A DNA stretch of 63,770 nt, the filler included, from Ministeria vibrans ATCC 50519 (Eukaryota; Protista; Filasterea): assembly GCA_943704425.1 (NCBI GenBank). It is 8 parts of 8 records of this genome, joined end to end, with 100 filler letters (N's around TTAATTAATTAA, not from the genome) between each part and the next. Parts side by side here need not be neighbours in the genome. Positions count along the whole stretch, not along the records: positions 1 to 27,646 come from CALSCP010000257.1; 7 more parts are not named here. One strand, given 5' to 3'. The notes under the pieces were generated by a model. The model was given only the letters and a program-made list of their open reading frames with translations, was not told the DNA's origin and searched no databases. The position numbers and the translations under genes are program-made. Shown piece by piece: positions 1-20,786 of this stretch. Numbering within the stretch: position 1 is the stretch's first letter; the number at the start of each line of letters is the position of its first letter.

Positions 1-2478
1 TGTCAATCGATCGGATGATGGTCCCAATGCCACGCGTCCGAGTGTCGCGAAACACAACAGGCATGCCCACTGGAAGGTACTCGGGCTACAAATAGAAAAC
101 AAAAAGTATTACAACTTAAAATTTCATAATATTACAGACAGACAGACAGACCGTCAGACGGTACATCAAACTAAGCAGAAATGACTTATGCCTCTCTCAC
201 ACACTCACTCTCTTCTTACCTGACGGACAAAACGAAAGGTGGCAGTGGCACGCTGACCGGTTGAAAGGGACTCGCAGTCGTGGAGAGAAACCAGAGAGGC
301 GGCCTGGCAGACACCACCGACGTGGACAGTCGTGCACCATTTAGGGGAGACGGAGAGGTTGGCGGAGAGGATGAGGAGGTCGCATACAAAGAGGAGGGAT
401 GCAGTGGTGGAGGTGGTAGAGGTGAGAACTGCCATGCCACGACGGAGCAATGGGGGGGGAGGTGCGTCTGCGGTGGCAGGAGATGGGGAGACGAGCGAGA
501 AGGAGGCGCGTTGGCCGGCACTGACAAACTTGTAAGGGCGACGCAGACGTTGAATGGAGCGGATGACGACGGAAGTGAACTGAGCGTGTTCGTTGGGACC
601 TACAAAGACACGGTCGCCCTCGGCAAAGGCACCGCGCCGTACGGTGCCCACGACCACCTGGCCCACGTTGGTGATGGTGTAGCACTTGTCGATGAGAAAC
701 TCGCCGTCGCCATTGGGTGATGCGACACTCGTACTGCTGTTGCTGCTGCTGCTTCGGCTGCCAGAATCATCATCACTCATGATTGTACTTGTGGACGCAT
801 CAGCAGCGGTGGCAGTGCTCGTCGTTGGGGTGCTTGTGGCGGTGCGTGCGATGCTATTATTGTGCTCCATGACTTTGACAGGCAGCACATTGAGAAAGGC
901 ACGAAGAAGGGCAAGGCCACGAGCGGTGACACTGGAGACGAGAAAGATGGGCGTGACGCTGCCTGAGAGCACACTGGTTGCCATGGTGACGAGATCGTCT
1001 TCATCTTCGACCACAGCGCCCGTCTTGCGACATCCAGGCGATTTGAGCACAGTCGTGAGCTGTGACTGTGTGCGCCTGAGACGCGATGGCAAACACGCGT
1101 CCGTCTTGGTTATCACCACAAAAAAGGGTACCTTGAGCGCCACTGCTAGAGCCAAATGCTCGCGTGTCGTGCCACACAGTCCCGCCGTGGCGTCCACCAC
1201 AAGCATGGCCACGTTGGGTGCCTGTGCTGTCAGACCACTCACGGTGGTCTTGAGAAACTTACTGTGACCCGCCAAGTCCACAAAGATCACCACCTTCTTG
1301 GACTCTTCCAGAATCTCCGCCCATGAATCGACAAAGGTCGCGCCGCCACTGCCACTACTACCGGGCCTTGTGGTGGCCGTGCCGTCGCTGGGGACGACAC
1401 CCACGAGCAACGTTTCATCAGTGACCTCTTCGGCCGGCGCTGCACACACCGCCATGCCATGCTCGTTGAATCCCATAAGTTCATGCGAGATGCAACTGGT
1501 GCGACCACTTTCAATCTCGTGTTTGTGTCGGAACAGGTTGAGCCGAGCGAGACCTCGTCCGTTGTCCACTACGCCGCTGGTGAGCACACCAAGCAGGGTG
1601 CTCTTGCCGGCGTCCGCATTGCCCAGCACTGCAACACGCAGCTCAACAAACTGTTGGTCGTCGGGAACACAGCGAATGTGCGCCTCGGCGACAAAGCAGT
1701 CGCCCACCTGTCGCTCGCGCAACATGGAAATGTGTGCGTTGAGCTGACGTGCCATCTCGCGCAGCGTCGCGATGCTCTCTTGCAAATCCTCACGCGACAG
1801 ACCCGCTAGCCTGCCATTATCCTCCACACCAATCTCGTAAATCGCTTCGCCGTGTCCCTCGGCCAGACGCCACTTCATCTGAGTGACAAGCTAAAGAAAG
1901 ACAACAAGGAGCGAATTGAGCGATCACTCAACCCACTGACTTTTCAAAAACAAATCCCCCAAGTTCAACCGCGTTTTGGCTAGGTTTGCATACAGCAGGC
2001 ACATCCACAACATATTGATCATTGGACGCGTAGAGAGTCAAAAGAGTAATTGGGACGAAACGTCAAAACACCTCTCTCTGTTCGCGACTTCCACATCAGC
2101 TTCACGCGGAACGTCAGGCTGAGAGCGCCTTATGCATCTTGAGATCAGACAAACCCCTGTCCAATACGGAGGTACGCGTGCCGATAGGAAGTCGCAGCAA
2201 TGCGCTCTTGACGACCGTTGAAGATGTTTGACGCAATCGGACGATGATGAAATTCTTCTTTTTTCTTTCTCAACTGTGTTCAACCCTACCTGTTTCAACC
2301 TCAACGGACTCTTACTCAGCAACTGTAGCTTGTACTCGCGATTCCCGCGCGTGTCGTTCTCCGGTGGCAGTGAAGTGAGCGATGCGAACTTCTCCGGATG
2401 TTCCGCACGAAACACCGCTGAGCCAACGTTGTCTTCGCCTCCTTCGCGCTCCACCGTGCAGAATCCAGAGAACGCCAT
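1..2478 (-). CDS. GTPBP2: GTP-binding protein 2 (translational GTPase, GTPBP1/2 family), multi-exon, 3' end runs off the window
   Basis: N-terminal LPPENDTRGNREYKL...QMKWRLAEGHGEAIYEIGVEDNG; G1 GNADAGKST, NLFRHKHEIESGRTS, DLAGH, TKTD; last visible exon (85-1) PEYLPVGMPVVFRDTRTRGIG. Confidence 0.9.
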
Positions 2479-2753
2479 GGTGTGCGCCTTGAAGTCACGT
2501 GATAAGAAGAGAAGGAGAGGAAATAAAGTGTTTTTTCATTTTCATTTTTATTTATGGTACTATTATTATTATTATTATTATTTTTATTATCCGACTTCGA
2601 CCAAAAATTTGAAGGAATGAACGAAATAGAATTACTTATTTCTATGCAGTGAACAATCACACTAAGAGTAATTTCTAACAGAAAAAACAAAAGTCACTGA
2701 GTTTCAGGCACACTTGATGCTGATGGGAATGATAGATCGAAACATCTGATTGT

Positions 2754-4888
2754 TTATGCACGCTTTTCAAGGACAACAAACGAGACACCGTGAGAAACAA
2801 CGGAAGCGGTAAACGATCCGGTGACAGTGCCAAGCTCTTTGTGTTCCCACAGGTCGCGCACAGAGACAGTGGCGCCAGACCAACCAAAGAGATCAAAGGG
2901 CAGAGTGATGTTATGGTGTTGGTCACCTCGGTTGAAGAGAACGGCGGCGTAACGACCGTCGCTGAGCTGACGACCCCACAGCTGACACATGTGCTCGCCC
3001 TGGCTGCACTTCCACCCGCCAATGTGATCACCAGGCTAATATAATACAGGGAATTAGTGTTCGGATTGGCGTTGGGGTTCGGGCGTACAATGGCTTTGTA
3101 GTCTTGGTTGACACTGAGGATCTCTGTGTTAAGCAGTGCTTCGCGCATCACAGTTGTCATGTTTCGAATGTCGGTTGCGACAAGTAGAGGAGATGCCACA
3201 ATGGCCCACAGTGAAAACTCGCTCTTATACTTTAAAAAAAAAAAAACAAAAAGAGAAATAGTAATAATAATTAGTATATCGTTTAGTCATGGAACGAACA
3301 ATAACTCACCTCAATGTCAGTCATTCCCGGGCAGTGCTGGCCCGCAGTGAGTGTGTCACATCCTGCACCACCTAGACAAACCACGTATCATCGAAAAAAA
3401 ACGCCAGATTAGGGCACATTGTGAGCAGTGCGCAAAGTGTGTGTGGGAGAGCCTGTTTGTTTATGTGTATGTACCTGTCATGAGGAAATCGCCATAATTC
3501 CATGAATTAGGATATATGCCGCACTGTGAGACTCCTGCAAGTCCCTGAATCGCAGTATCGGTGGATTTCCAGTTATCGTGATGATCTGGATATCGATGAG
3601 AAGTAGGATTAGAGTGAGGGTCTCTCTATCACTTTGTTCTTTCTCCCTCCTTTCTATCACTTTGTTCTTTCTCCCTCCTTTCTATCACTTTGTTCTTTCT
3701 CCCTCCTTTCTATTCTATCACTTTGTTCTTTCTCCCTCCTTTCTCTCCCTCTCTATCACTTTGTCATTTCTCCCTCCTCTCCCTCTCTCTTACCTCCATT
3801 GACCCGCCATGAATTGGCCACTTGGTGTGTGTAGGCGGGTGGTGGGTGAGCATAGCCCCGACACAGCTCAAGGAATATTGGTCGTCCTGTGGCATTGAGG
3901 GCGTTGGAGAACTCAGTGTGCTAAACGAGACAATTTTTTAAAGTGCATCGAACGGTTTGGTGGAACTTACTTGTTTTTCCGAGTCGGTGCAGTTATTGCC
4001 ACACCAGTCAATCTTTCTATAGAGAGAAGGTATCAGAAAGACAAAAAAAAAACCTCTTTGTGTGTGCGTGAAATGAAATTGTGCAAACCCTTACACGTAG
4101 TCAACTCCCCAATCGGCAAAAGACTGCGCGTCGTCTGTGTAATGACCAAACGATCCAGGAATGGGTCGCGGACGATTTCCCTGGCTGCAAGTGGTGGCTC
4201 CCGCTGAGGTGTCTATGAGAGAAGGGAAATAAATGCGACAGCGACAGCAAAACTGGTATTCTTGTGGCATCGTATACAAAGGCCAAAGAAGAGCCCACGC
4301 GCATGGAGCCACGCTGTCAGCTCCGCAATGCCCTTAGGAAACCGGTCGGGGTCCGCCTGGATGCGTCCTTGAGAGTCGCGATCCATTGCGGCCCAACCTG
4401 ACAATCCAGAAGAAGAGAGAGGAAAGAGAGACGTAAACAACAATGACTGTTTCCTGTTTGTGCGTTTGTTTTGACGTACAATCGTCGAGGTTGATGTAGC
4501 GGTAGCCCGCATCATACATGCCGTTTGTCAGCATAGCCTCTGCGACGCTTTTGATCTCGGGTTCGCTACAGACGTCGTGCAACGAAGGCTGAGAGAAGAA
4601 AAGCGTTTTAGCTCAACTCTCTCACTCTCTCTCACACTCTCACTCTCTCTCTCTCTCTTTTTTTTTTTTGGAAGTGTTTTCGCTCCTTACTGCTCCGTGC
4701 GTTGGGTTGTCGCATGATCCTTCGGTGCACCATCTACACGACAGCGAGGGCAAATTGGCTCATTGGCTGACGCGAAACCCCCGAACTTCGTACGTGTTCC
4801 AGCCCAGTGGCGGCTTCAAACCAACGCCGTTGTTGTACGCAAGCGCAACACTGATCACCGAGAAAAGAAGAATTCCTCGAAGCAACAT
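2754..4888 (-). CDS. Alpha-galactosidase / alpha-N-acetylgalactosaminidase (GH27), secreted or lysosomal, multi-exon
   Basis: Signal peptide then YNNGVGLKPPLGWNTW; GYRYINLDDCW; DAQSFADWGVDYVKIDWC; ASPLLVATDIRNM; C-terminal VRDLWEHKELG...VSHGV. Confidence 0.92.
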
Positions 4889-5001
4889 ATTAAGAAAATA
4901 AATTGAGAGACAACTCTCAACTGTCTAGTGTCGAGATCAGTTAAATTTTTAGTCTGTCGAATTTATCTTCTTCTTAATAGTACAACCTTCCATATCACAA
5001 C

Positions 5002-6811
5002 ATGTCTCTGTCAAGCAAGAGTTCCATCACGGACATCAACGTCAGCGAAAAACGCGTTCTAATTCGGTAACATGCAACACACTCGGGATGACATATCACG
5101 TCTCCCCCACCTCGCACATCCCTCGCTCTCTCTCTCTCTCTCTCCGCCATCGCTCTCCTCGCACCTCCTTCTTCTCTCCCTCTCTCTCATGCGCTTCCCC
5201 TCACTTACGCACACCATCTCTCTCTTTCTCTATCTCTCTCTCTCTCTCCCTCTTCGTCGTGTGCAGAGTGGACTTTAACGTGCCGTTCGTCAAGGGCACG
5301 CAGACCATCTCAAACAATGCTCGCATTGCCGCTGCGCTGCCTACCATTGAGCATTGCCTCGCGCAGGGCGCGCAATCCGTGGTGCTCATGTCGCACCTGG
5401 GGCGCCCCGACGGCCAGGTGAACACTGAGTTCTCGCTTGCGCCCGTTGCCGACGAACTGAAGAAGCTGCTGGGCCGCGACGTGACCTTCCTGACTGACTG
5501 CGTCGGCAAGGCTGTCGAGCAAGCGTGCGCCCGTCCCGCAAAGGGCTCGCTCTTTCTTCTCGAGAACCTTCGCTTTCACATTGAAGAAGAGGTATAGAAA
5601 TCCTGCGATGCCTTGAGAGAACTTAGTGTGTTAAGCTAAGTAGACTAATAAATTTGGCGTGTCTGCTGCAGGGCAAAGGTGTGAACAAGAAGGGGGAGAA
5701 GGTCAAGGCGGACGCTGCGGCTGTGGACGCCTTCCGTGCGTCACTCACCAAGCTTGGCGATGTGTATGTCAACGATGCATTTGGCACAGCACACCGCGCA
5801 CACTCGTCTATGGTCGGCGTGGCCCTCGAGACGCGCGTCGCCGGCTTGCTCATGAAGAAGGAGCTGGAGTATTTTGGAAAGGCTCTGGAAACGTACGTGT
5901 CCTTCACGACATATGCAAGCAGAACGTAATTATCAACATTATTGTAGACCCGAACATCCGTTCTTGGCCATTTTGGGCGGCGCCAAAGTCAGCGACAAGA
6001 TTCAACTGATTGAGAATCTGCTGGACAAGGTGGACGAAATGATCATTGGAGGAGGAATGGCGTACACGTTTAAGAAGGTCATGGACGGCATGTCGATTGG
6101 GGCGTCGCTGTACGACGAAGAAGGGGCCAAGATTGTGCAGAGCATTGTGGATAAGGCAAAGAAGAACAATGTGCAGCTGCATCTGCCCACAGACTATGTT
6201 ATTGCCGACAAGTAAGCGCCAAAGTACCTTGCACGCATCACGAAGACATACATACATTACATTATATAATATAATTATAATTATATATATACACTTATAC
6301 TATATGTTAGGTTTGCTCCGGATGCGACAACACGCACAGTGAGCGAGACAGAGGGTATCCCCGATGGCTGGATGGGACTGGACGGGGGTCCTGCGTCGTG
6401 TGCGCATAACGCGACGGTCATTGCACGTGCCCGTCTTGTCGTCTGGAATGGTCCCATGGGTGTGTTTGAGTTTGATGCCTTTGCTCAGGGCACCATGTCT
6501 GCCATGGATGCTGTTGTGGCGCTTACTGCAACCGGTGCAACCACAATCATCGGTATGATTGAGAGATAGAGAGAGAGAGAGAGAGATTTTGCGAGACGGA
6601 TTTGCATACCGAGTCACACACACAAACTGACTCACACACAAACTGACCCACACTCCCTTCTACCCGCACAGGGGGCGGTGACACGGCGACTTGCTGCAAG
6701 AAGTACAACACAATGGACAAGGTGTCCTTTGTCAGCACTGGAGGCGGTGCCTCCCTTGAACTCCTCGAGGGAAAGTCCCTTCCAGGCGTCGCTGCTCTCT
6801 CGCAAAAGTGA
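5002..6811 (+). CDS. PGK: Phosphoglycerate kinase, 6 exons
   Basis: [73 protein letters not shown]; ATG at 5002, TGA at 6809-6811. Confidence 0.98.
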
Positions 6812-6980
6812 CTTGCTCATCTGTAACTAAGATTTGCTTTCCCCTCCCCCTTTTCTTTGGATTATTTTTGAATAAAACAAAATAAAAATTCACTCAGTGC
6901 AGAAGTTGAAACTTGGATTCAAGCCCTCTTTCTCTTCTCTTTCTCTCTTCCTCACACACACACACACACAAATGAAAAAA

Positions 6981-9695
6981 TCACAACACAGTCGCAAGTC
7001 GCTCGGTCAGCACTGTCGCAATGCCCTCCTTGGACGCACGAATGGTCAACCGGAACATCTAAGACACACACAAACAAACACACAATGAGACTCAACACAT
7101 ACGCAGAAAAAGAGAGAGAGAAAAAAAACCATTTGTCTCTCCTCTCTTAATCGTATCAAAATACCTTTCCCTCAAGGTTGGGCTCAAGACGCAAGAGTAC
7201 ACCAACCTGACCAGCTGTGGTGTGCAGAATGCCTACTCCCACAAAGTTGGTTGGATTGCGGTCAATCCCCGCAATCACGCCCAAGCCAAGTCCCTCAATC
7301 TATAAAACAATGGAGTGTCCAAGTTGAGTTATTGTTATGGTATTTGTTGTTGATTTTATAGGCGTACGTGTTTCTTGACAACTTCCAGGTTGATGTCGGC
7401 CTTGGCTTGCACAATCTGCTGCGACTCAAGACCAGCACTACAAAGACACACACAACAACAAGAACAACAAAAACAAGTCAGACAAACAGACAATCATTCA
7501 ATATCAGGACGTTTTTGTTGTGACGTACAGCGAGAGCGCCTTCCAGCGAGTGGAAAAGACAGCCTGGTCCATAGCCTCGACGGGATGACAAAACTTGTGG
7601 AGAAGAATGGGCAGGGCAAGGTTGATGGAGAAGGCACGACCGGCAATGGAGAAGCCCACGGCGACAATAGGAGAGTCGGCAAAGTCGGCAATACACTCAA
7701 TCTTGACAATGGTGTTGACCTGCTTGCCGGCCGGGACGGAGCGGTCAGGCGCCGGAGACGTGGACAGCTTCAACTTGGACATGGCCGAGCCCATGTGGAT
7801 GGAGACGTTGAAGCCGTCGAGGGTCGAGGGCGATCGGTTGCCAAAGTAGAGGGCCACCTGACCCAGCGCACCCTTGAAACTCGACTTGACACCCACCTGC
7901 AGCAAACCGTCCTCGTAGAGCACTCCGTCGTTGTTCGTGATAAAGCGGGTCGACCACTTCTCTGTGCCAGGCGTGACTGTAGCCGCATCTGCCGTAATGG
8001 CCACTTCGGTGGGTGCTGGAGTGGCGGCCGGCTCATCTCCAAAAATGTCGACAATGGGTGCGCTTGCGACTGCAGCTGCAGCAGGGGCGGGAGCCGACGC
8101 GGAAGCACCACTCACGGCAACGACAGAACCATTGCGCGCGGGTGGACCAGCAATGCCGCCGGCAGTTGCCGAACCAGGGTGGTTTGGCGTGCGACGACGG
8201 TCACGTGCACTCGCTGCACTGGCAGCGACCGCAGGACGCACGGCGGCCATGTCGTTGATTTTGGAGAGGAGCGACGAGGGCGAGTCCTCGTAGACAGGCA
8301 TCTCCTCGAGAACCGTCTGGATAAGGTCGTCGTTGAGACGCGACAGCACACGGTACTCAATGACACGCTGTTGAATCTCCACATTGGCATTGCACGTCAT
8401 CTGTTCGCTGCCCATAAAGGCGTCAAAGGTGTCTCTGAGCTCCGGGAACAAGTTGACCTGCTTGACAAAGGCAGTCAACAGAATGGCGCGAGTCTCCTGC
8501 GTGCTCAGTGCAAATTTGCTGCGCAACATCGCAAACTGCGCGTGAGGTGATGAACGTGGGTCGTTGGCAATAAGATGCCCAAACTCGCCAAGCACGTAGG
8601 CGGCCACCTTGATCATGGACTCGTGCAAGTCTTGCTGAGACTCTAATACATCAAATACCGTCTAAAAAAGTAAACAGTTGAAGTAAAAAAGAGTTAAAAC
8701 GAGGCAACGGAACGGTGCTTGAAATGAGGTACTCGAGTGGCATAGTCTTGCACATCGGTCTTGTTGGTGACAATCTGACAGACACGCTGCCACACTTCGT
8801 CGCTGACGTTCTCGCCGGCCTGTGTCAGCAGCTGCATGATCACATCAAAGTACCAGGAAGGATCGCGCGGGTACTTCTCGGCGACCACCGCAATGCGCAT
8901 GACAAGATCTTCGCGAATCTCATAGTCAGCCGTCTTGAGATGTTCCAAAAGCTCATTGGTGATCACACGCGAGTTGGACTACATCACAACGAGGTGAGAC
9001 ACAATAATACTAATAATAAGAATAAATGATTCGGGTTACCTCATTGCTGAGATTGTAGAGGAGATCGAGAGCGCGACGACGGACAGAAATGTCGCGTTCT
9101 TGGTGCAGCGACGCAATCACTGTATCCTGATGAGCCCGCACAGACTAAGGCAAAAAGAGAGCACAGAGATAGAGACAAAGATGAGAAACAGAGACACACA
9201 AGAACAATGAACGTGAGTCTATGTGAACCCTCCCTCCCCGCCCAATTCTAATCGTTGTTGATTGATTTACGTCAAGAGCAAATGGGAGCATCGTCAACAT
9301 TGCCATGAGCTCAAGAGCCAAATAGCGCAAATTGGTCTACGATATAAGGCGTGAGACAAAAAAAAAGACACTCATTCTATTGTTGGTACCTCCTTCGAGC
9401 CGAGAAACTTTCCAAGAAGACGAATAGCATCGACGATAAGAGGGCGCTCCGAGTCCATTGCAATGAGAAGCACAATAACTTCGTAGAGAACTGAATTGCG
9501 CGCGTTGAAGTGCGTCGACTCATGCTTCTTGTTCTGGCGGTCGCGGATGGGAGTCTCCAGTGCCTGTTGTAGCACCCTCTTCATGTATTGCACCAACTAA
9601 ACCACAAATGACATGTGAGCATTTTATATTGTTTTCTCCTCTCTCTCTATCATGTTGTTTCTTTGTTCCTCCTCTTCCTCCTCCTCCTCCTCCTC

Positions 9696-9758
<63 letters not shown>

Positions 9759-11028
9759 TATTTCTTTCTCTCTCTCTATCACTTTGTTTCTTTCTCCTCT
9801 CTCTCTCCCTCTATATCACTTTTCTCCTCTGTCTCTTTCGTTCTTTCCCTTTCTCTCTCTCTAACACTTTCGTTCTCTTTCTCTCCCTCTCTCCTCTCGT
9901 CTCATTTTGGGTACGTCTGCGTGTTCCTTCGAGTCTTGTGGGGGCGCATCGAGTTTCTGGATAATCTGCAGGAGCTTGACCTGACACCAAGGGTCTGGGA
10001 CACGGTAGTAGAGGTAAGAGCCGACGCGCTCCATGCGTTGGATGGAGACGAGGCGCTGGATGGCGGCGGAGCGGGCGGAGGCGTACTCGGATGGGTCGCT
10101 GTCGATGAGGTTGAGCACGAGCGACGCAGTCGACGACACCACAGCAATGTCTTCGTGGTTGAGGTTCTTGATAATGCGCGCCGTGTACTCGCCGTGCGGG
10201 AGGCAGTCGGGCGCCTTGCGCGTCAGTCTCAGCATGCACAGCGCCGCCTTCTTCTTGATAAACGAGGCCGAGTCTGTGGCAATCAGCAGTTTGGCAACCT
10301 CCTGAGACAGCTCCCCGGCCATTTCGCGACCACCCATGTTGGCGAGACAGCCCAAGGCAAGGCACACGTGGGTCTCGTGGCGACTCAAAAGATCAGACTT
10401 GATCGACTGAATAATCAAACGTGACATGTCACCGTCTTCCGTCAACATCACCTGGGGGTAACAATGACAAAAAAAAGTAAGCCAATAAAGAGAGAAGCAG
10501 CGCCGTTTAGCACTGAACAAACAATTCGCGTTGTGCGGTTGTGTGTGTGCATTTGATTTGTTTTGTACCGAGAGGAAAAGGTAGCCAATCATCTTTTCTG
10601 AGTACTTGAGTGAGGACAAGAGCGACACAGCCTCAATGTGACCAAAGCCTATAGTAATATTAATACTATCACAAGAATCACAAGAGCACAAGCCGTACCA
10701 ATGTCGATGCCGAGCAGGAACATGTACAGCAGCTTGCAGACGTACTTTTTCTTGTCATATCCACTCACAGCTTTATCGCCTGTGTGAACGAAAGAATGAG
10801 CATCCAAAAAAAACACACACACAACACAACAGAGCACAGGCAAAAAGAGACCAACCGAGCAAGGAGAGGTCCAAAAACTCCGTCTCTTGCGGTACGCGGC
10901 TCGATGGTGCGATGAGCATCGAGCGTGCAGGAGCACGACAGCTTTTTCTTTCTCGATACCTTTAAACTTGCTTCGAATGTTCGCCAATTCCTTGTTTATC
11001 CGTTTCCCCTCGGCCTCCTTCGAGCGAC
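6981..11028 (-). CDS. AP2A: AP-2 complex alpha subunit (alpha-adaptin); first coding exon not resolved
   Basis: RSKEAEGKRINKELANIRSKFK, GYDKKKYVCKLLYMFLLG, YSEKMIGYLF, KKKAALCMLRL, YYRVPDPWCQVKLL, HESMIKVAAYVLGEFG, EIQQRVIEY; ear domain ending LLRLEPN...FRLTIRAS. Confidence 0.93.
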
Positions 11029-11286
11029 CTACGCAACACCCATGTGTGAGTACGTCTGGAGAAGCGTGAAAGAACGCGCACGGCGGGCGCTGTGTGTGGA
11101 TATCACGAATGGTTTTTCAAAAAAAAAAAAAAAAAAAAAAGCAGAAAGAGGAGAAAAAAAAGCTTTCGACATTCAGTATTAAGTTGTTGAGTACAGAAAA
11201 AAAAGCTTAATATTAAGTTGTTGTGTACAGACCCTTGATTCTCCATTTTATAAATATTAATTTTTTGTTTTTTCTACCTGTAGACA

Positions 11287-12175
11287 ATGTCAACCAATCA
11301 ATTTGATGTGCCTGCGTGTCCCCCCGCAATCTGGATACGACCCACCCGGAATGATTCTGCCATTCTGTGCACCACGAACGTCGTTCGCACAGCGTATCTG
11401 TGCAGAGTAACAGGCAATCCAAAAGCACGCGCCTACATGAATAAGTCCAACCCCCCGGACCCCTTAACCACGGGCGACACTTGCACGAACAGCTCTCAGT
11501 TGAGATTAAAGCTCGCTCAACTCGTCGGCTTCAGCGAGGAGAACAAACGACTTCTACTCCGTGAAGGGAGACATTCAAAACTCATTGTCGTGAACAACAA
11601 GCTGTTAATGGACCTCAACAGCACCTTCGTCCCTCTCAACACCCAAGAGACTCCCATCGTTCTTTTTCCCGGCGCGCCCTTGTCTCCGCAGTCTCCGTCA
11701 GCTGAAAAAGGTGAAAACCATATTGCGCGCAATTAATTGCCACTTTCACAACCTTTGCTGACTCAGTCTCTCGATCTCTACACTTCCTCTGCACAGACAC
11801 CACGTTTGAAATTGAGTCATCGCCGCGACCGTCTGCCAAGCGCAGTGTTGGAATCAGTGTCACAAGTACCGGCCCAGCCAAACGAGCCCGCGAGGTACAA
11901 ACCAAACCAAGTACTAATTATTAATAATAATTATATTTTAACAATACAATCTCTGTTAATTAGGAGGACGATTGTGAGGTCGCCGAAGGCTCGCCTGCAG
12001 CGCAGCGCCAACGCGTCGACTCACCCTCGCCCTCACCATCAAGCTCACTCTTGACGACTACAACGTCATCACATGCGCCGGAGCCAACCTGTACGACGAC
12101 GCCCACCGGTGCACTCGGGTTTGATTGGCTCGACGTCGACGACGGGATCCTCGACATTGTTTTGGACGAGAGCCA
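11287..12175 (+). CDS. Hypothetical protein, about 4 exons, 3' end lost in an N gap
   Basis: ATG 11287; in-frame GT-AG joins linking exons near 11287-11406, 11499-11710, 11797-11894 and 11964 onward; no recognisable domain. Confidence 0.45.
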
Positions 12176-12261
12176 NNNNNNNGTGATAGAGAGAAACAAA
12201 GTGATAGAGAGAAACAAAGTGATAGAGTGTGTGAGACCCATGTCATCTCAAGTATGATTCG

Positions 12262-13054
12262 TACGACATCAACATTGGACTTCGCCTGCTGCTTGACCAC
12301 ATTGATCTGGCTCTTCTGCTGCTTTTTCATCTCCTTCATGTGGTTACTCTTCTCCGTTGTCAGCACTTTCATCTCTGCTGCTTGTGCCTTTTTGATCTCG
12401 TTGAGCTGTCCTTTGTGATTGTCCGTCAGTACTTTCATCTACACACGCAAACAAACAAAATGACGTTTCTTTCTTTCTTTCTTTCTCTCGGTCGTACTTG
12501 TCCTTTGTGGTCATTCAACATGGCTTTCTCCTTCTGCTTCAGCTCCGTCTTGAGCTTCTTCTGCTCTGCCTTGAGGATCTTTGCTCTCTCGCCAAACACC
12601 GCCTACACACCAAAGATAAGTACGCGGCAAATCTTGCACGATGCAGGCCCACTGCGCCACACAGACGGTGCCCACGCGCAAGCCCAACGGCTTAACAGCA
12701 CGACTCGGCACTTGAGCAGTCGCAATAGAGTGTTGTTGCGAAGAGAGAAGAAAAGACGTGTCAAAAAAGACGCTCGCACCTTTTGCTCCGCCTTGAGCTT
12801 GTTAATGCGGGCATCGTGGTCGTGCTTAACACCGCCAGCCGCTGCCTTGAGTCGGTTCTTCTCTTCCTGGATCTTCGCGTTCGCCTGGTCCTTGGCCTGT
12901 GACGTACAAGAGTGGCGTGTTAGAAAAAAAAAAAAAAAAAAAAAAAAAAAGTTCGCAATATCTTCACTGTGTGCCCACACATAAGCGGAAAGTTTGCACA
13001 GAGAGAATGACGGTAAAGCGTGCAGAAACAACGAGGGCGAACAAAAGGCAGACA

Positions 13055-13105
<51 letters not shown>

Positions 13106-13284
13106 AACAGCGCATGAAACGCCACAGCGGGCCGTACCCTCTTTTCCTCAAGACGCGCTTGTTCCTTCGCCTCCAACACCTTCTGCTCCTTCTCGCGCTC
13201 GTGGCGCTCCTCCGCCGCCTTCTTTTCCTCCTCTTCCTTGCGGTGGCGGTCCTCTTCCGAGTGTGTGCTTCCTGTGTCAGACAT
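12262..13284 (-). CDS. Hypothetical Lys/Glu-rich coiled-coil protein, 3' end lost in a gap
   Basis: MSDTGSTHSEEDRHRKEEEEKK..., then spliced exons AKDQANAKIQEEKNRLK, AVFGERAKILKAEQKKLK and MKVLTDNHKGQLNEIKK, with internally repeated motifs. Confidence 0.6.
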
Positions 13285-14351
13285 GATTTGTTAAAAAATA
13301 TTGCATTTATTTTATATTAATTTTTAAAGATCTGGACCATTGACTAACCTCTCCCTCACAATTGCACCTCAGTTCTTATTAGCCATTACGCTCTTGACTC
13401 TGGACTGTGGACTTGTCACTTGACAGACATTCGTCAAGCATTCCCGACTTGTACTTCGATCGAAGACTGAATACACTTGGAGACTGTTATTCCGATGGAA
13501 GACGCACTATTTTATGTTTAATTCGAAAATAAATTCGAAAATAAACCCTTACAAGCACTCCTTCCCCGACGGGCGACGGTCAAGGTCGTTGAAAAGTACA
13601 GAAACAACTCGAAAATGTTTGTAGCGTCCCGTTTCTCAATGCAATGCACCAAAAGTCGCTAACAATATTTGTTTTCTCTTTCTCTTTCTCTCTCTCTTTC
13701 TGTCTCTCTTTCTCTCTCTATCCATCCCCTCATGTCTCTAAACCCCAATACGAACTAATCATGCTCTTGTTCCAGCGACCTAAGTGCTCACTAGCAAGTC
13801 CAATGTATCGCTCGACTTCTCCCCTCCTCCTCCGCCTCAGTTTCCTCCCCGCCCATCTCCCCCTTCTGCTCTCCGCGCGACTAGCATCTGCTGCTGTGTT
13901 GCACACACGACTCGCACGCATTCTTGTCGTTCTGTCAATGCAAATTCAACGCAAACGCCGCATAGCACACCCCCTCGACAAAGCACCTCGCACTCGACGT
14001 CCCGCACACTCTCCCAGTTGCAGCTTCTTGCCTATGCACCCATCCTGTTGGCCGTGGAGACGTACACACCCAGAGATACACCAATCCTTCTTCCTTCCCC
14101 TCCTCCTCAGCCCCTCTTCCTCCCTCATTCCTTCAACCCGTTCTTGCGCAGACAGTGGTCTTCCCATTTCATCACACTCTCCTCTCTCTGTCCATAACAA
14201 ACCAAAAAGAAAAACGAAAAAAAAAAAAACTTCAAGACTGGAACAGAAAAATCGCCCTCGATTCATATAAACAAGCCAATAGATCACACAGATGCCACTT
14301 GCACACCACGCAGCACCCGCATTCACACAGACAGACAGACGTAGAGGAAGA

Positions 14352-14394
<43 letters not shown>

Positions 14395-14412
14395 TGTACA
14401 CACAAGGGACGA

Positions 14413-20786
<6,374 letters not shown>

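Noticed and set aside
7375-8550. Long plus-strand ORF (391 aa), and similar antisense ORFs at 27799-28641 and 42070-42936
   Set aside because: These are shadow ORFs opposite codon-biased AP2A, HSP90 and integrin exons.
11320-11400. Minus-strand peptide RMAESFRVGRIQIAG resembling a flavin monooxygenase motif
   Set aside because: It is short, closed by a stop, lacks the GDAAH motif, and overlaps a plausible plus-strand exon.
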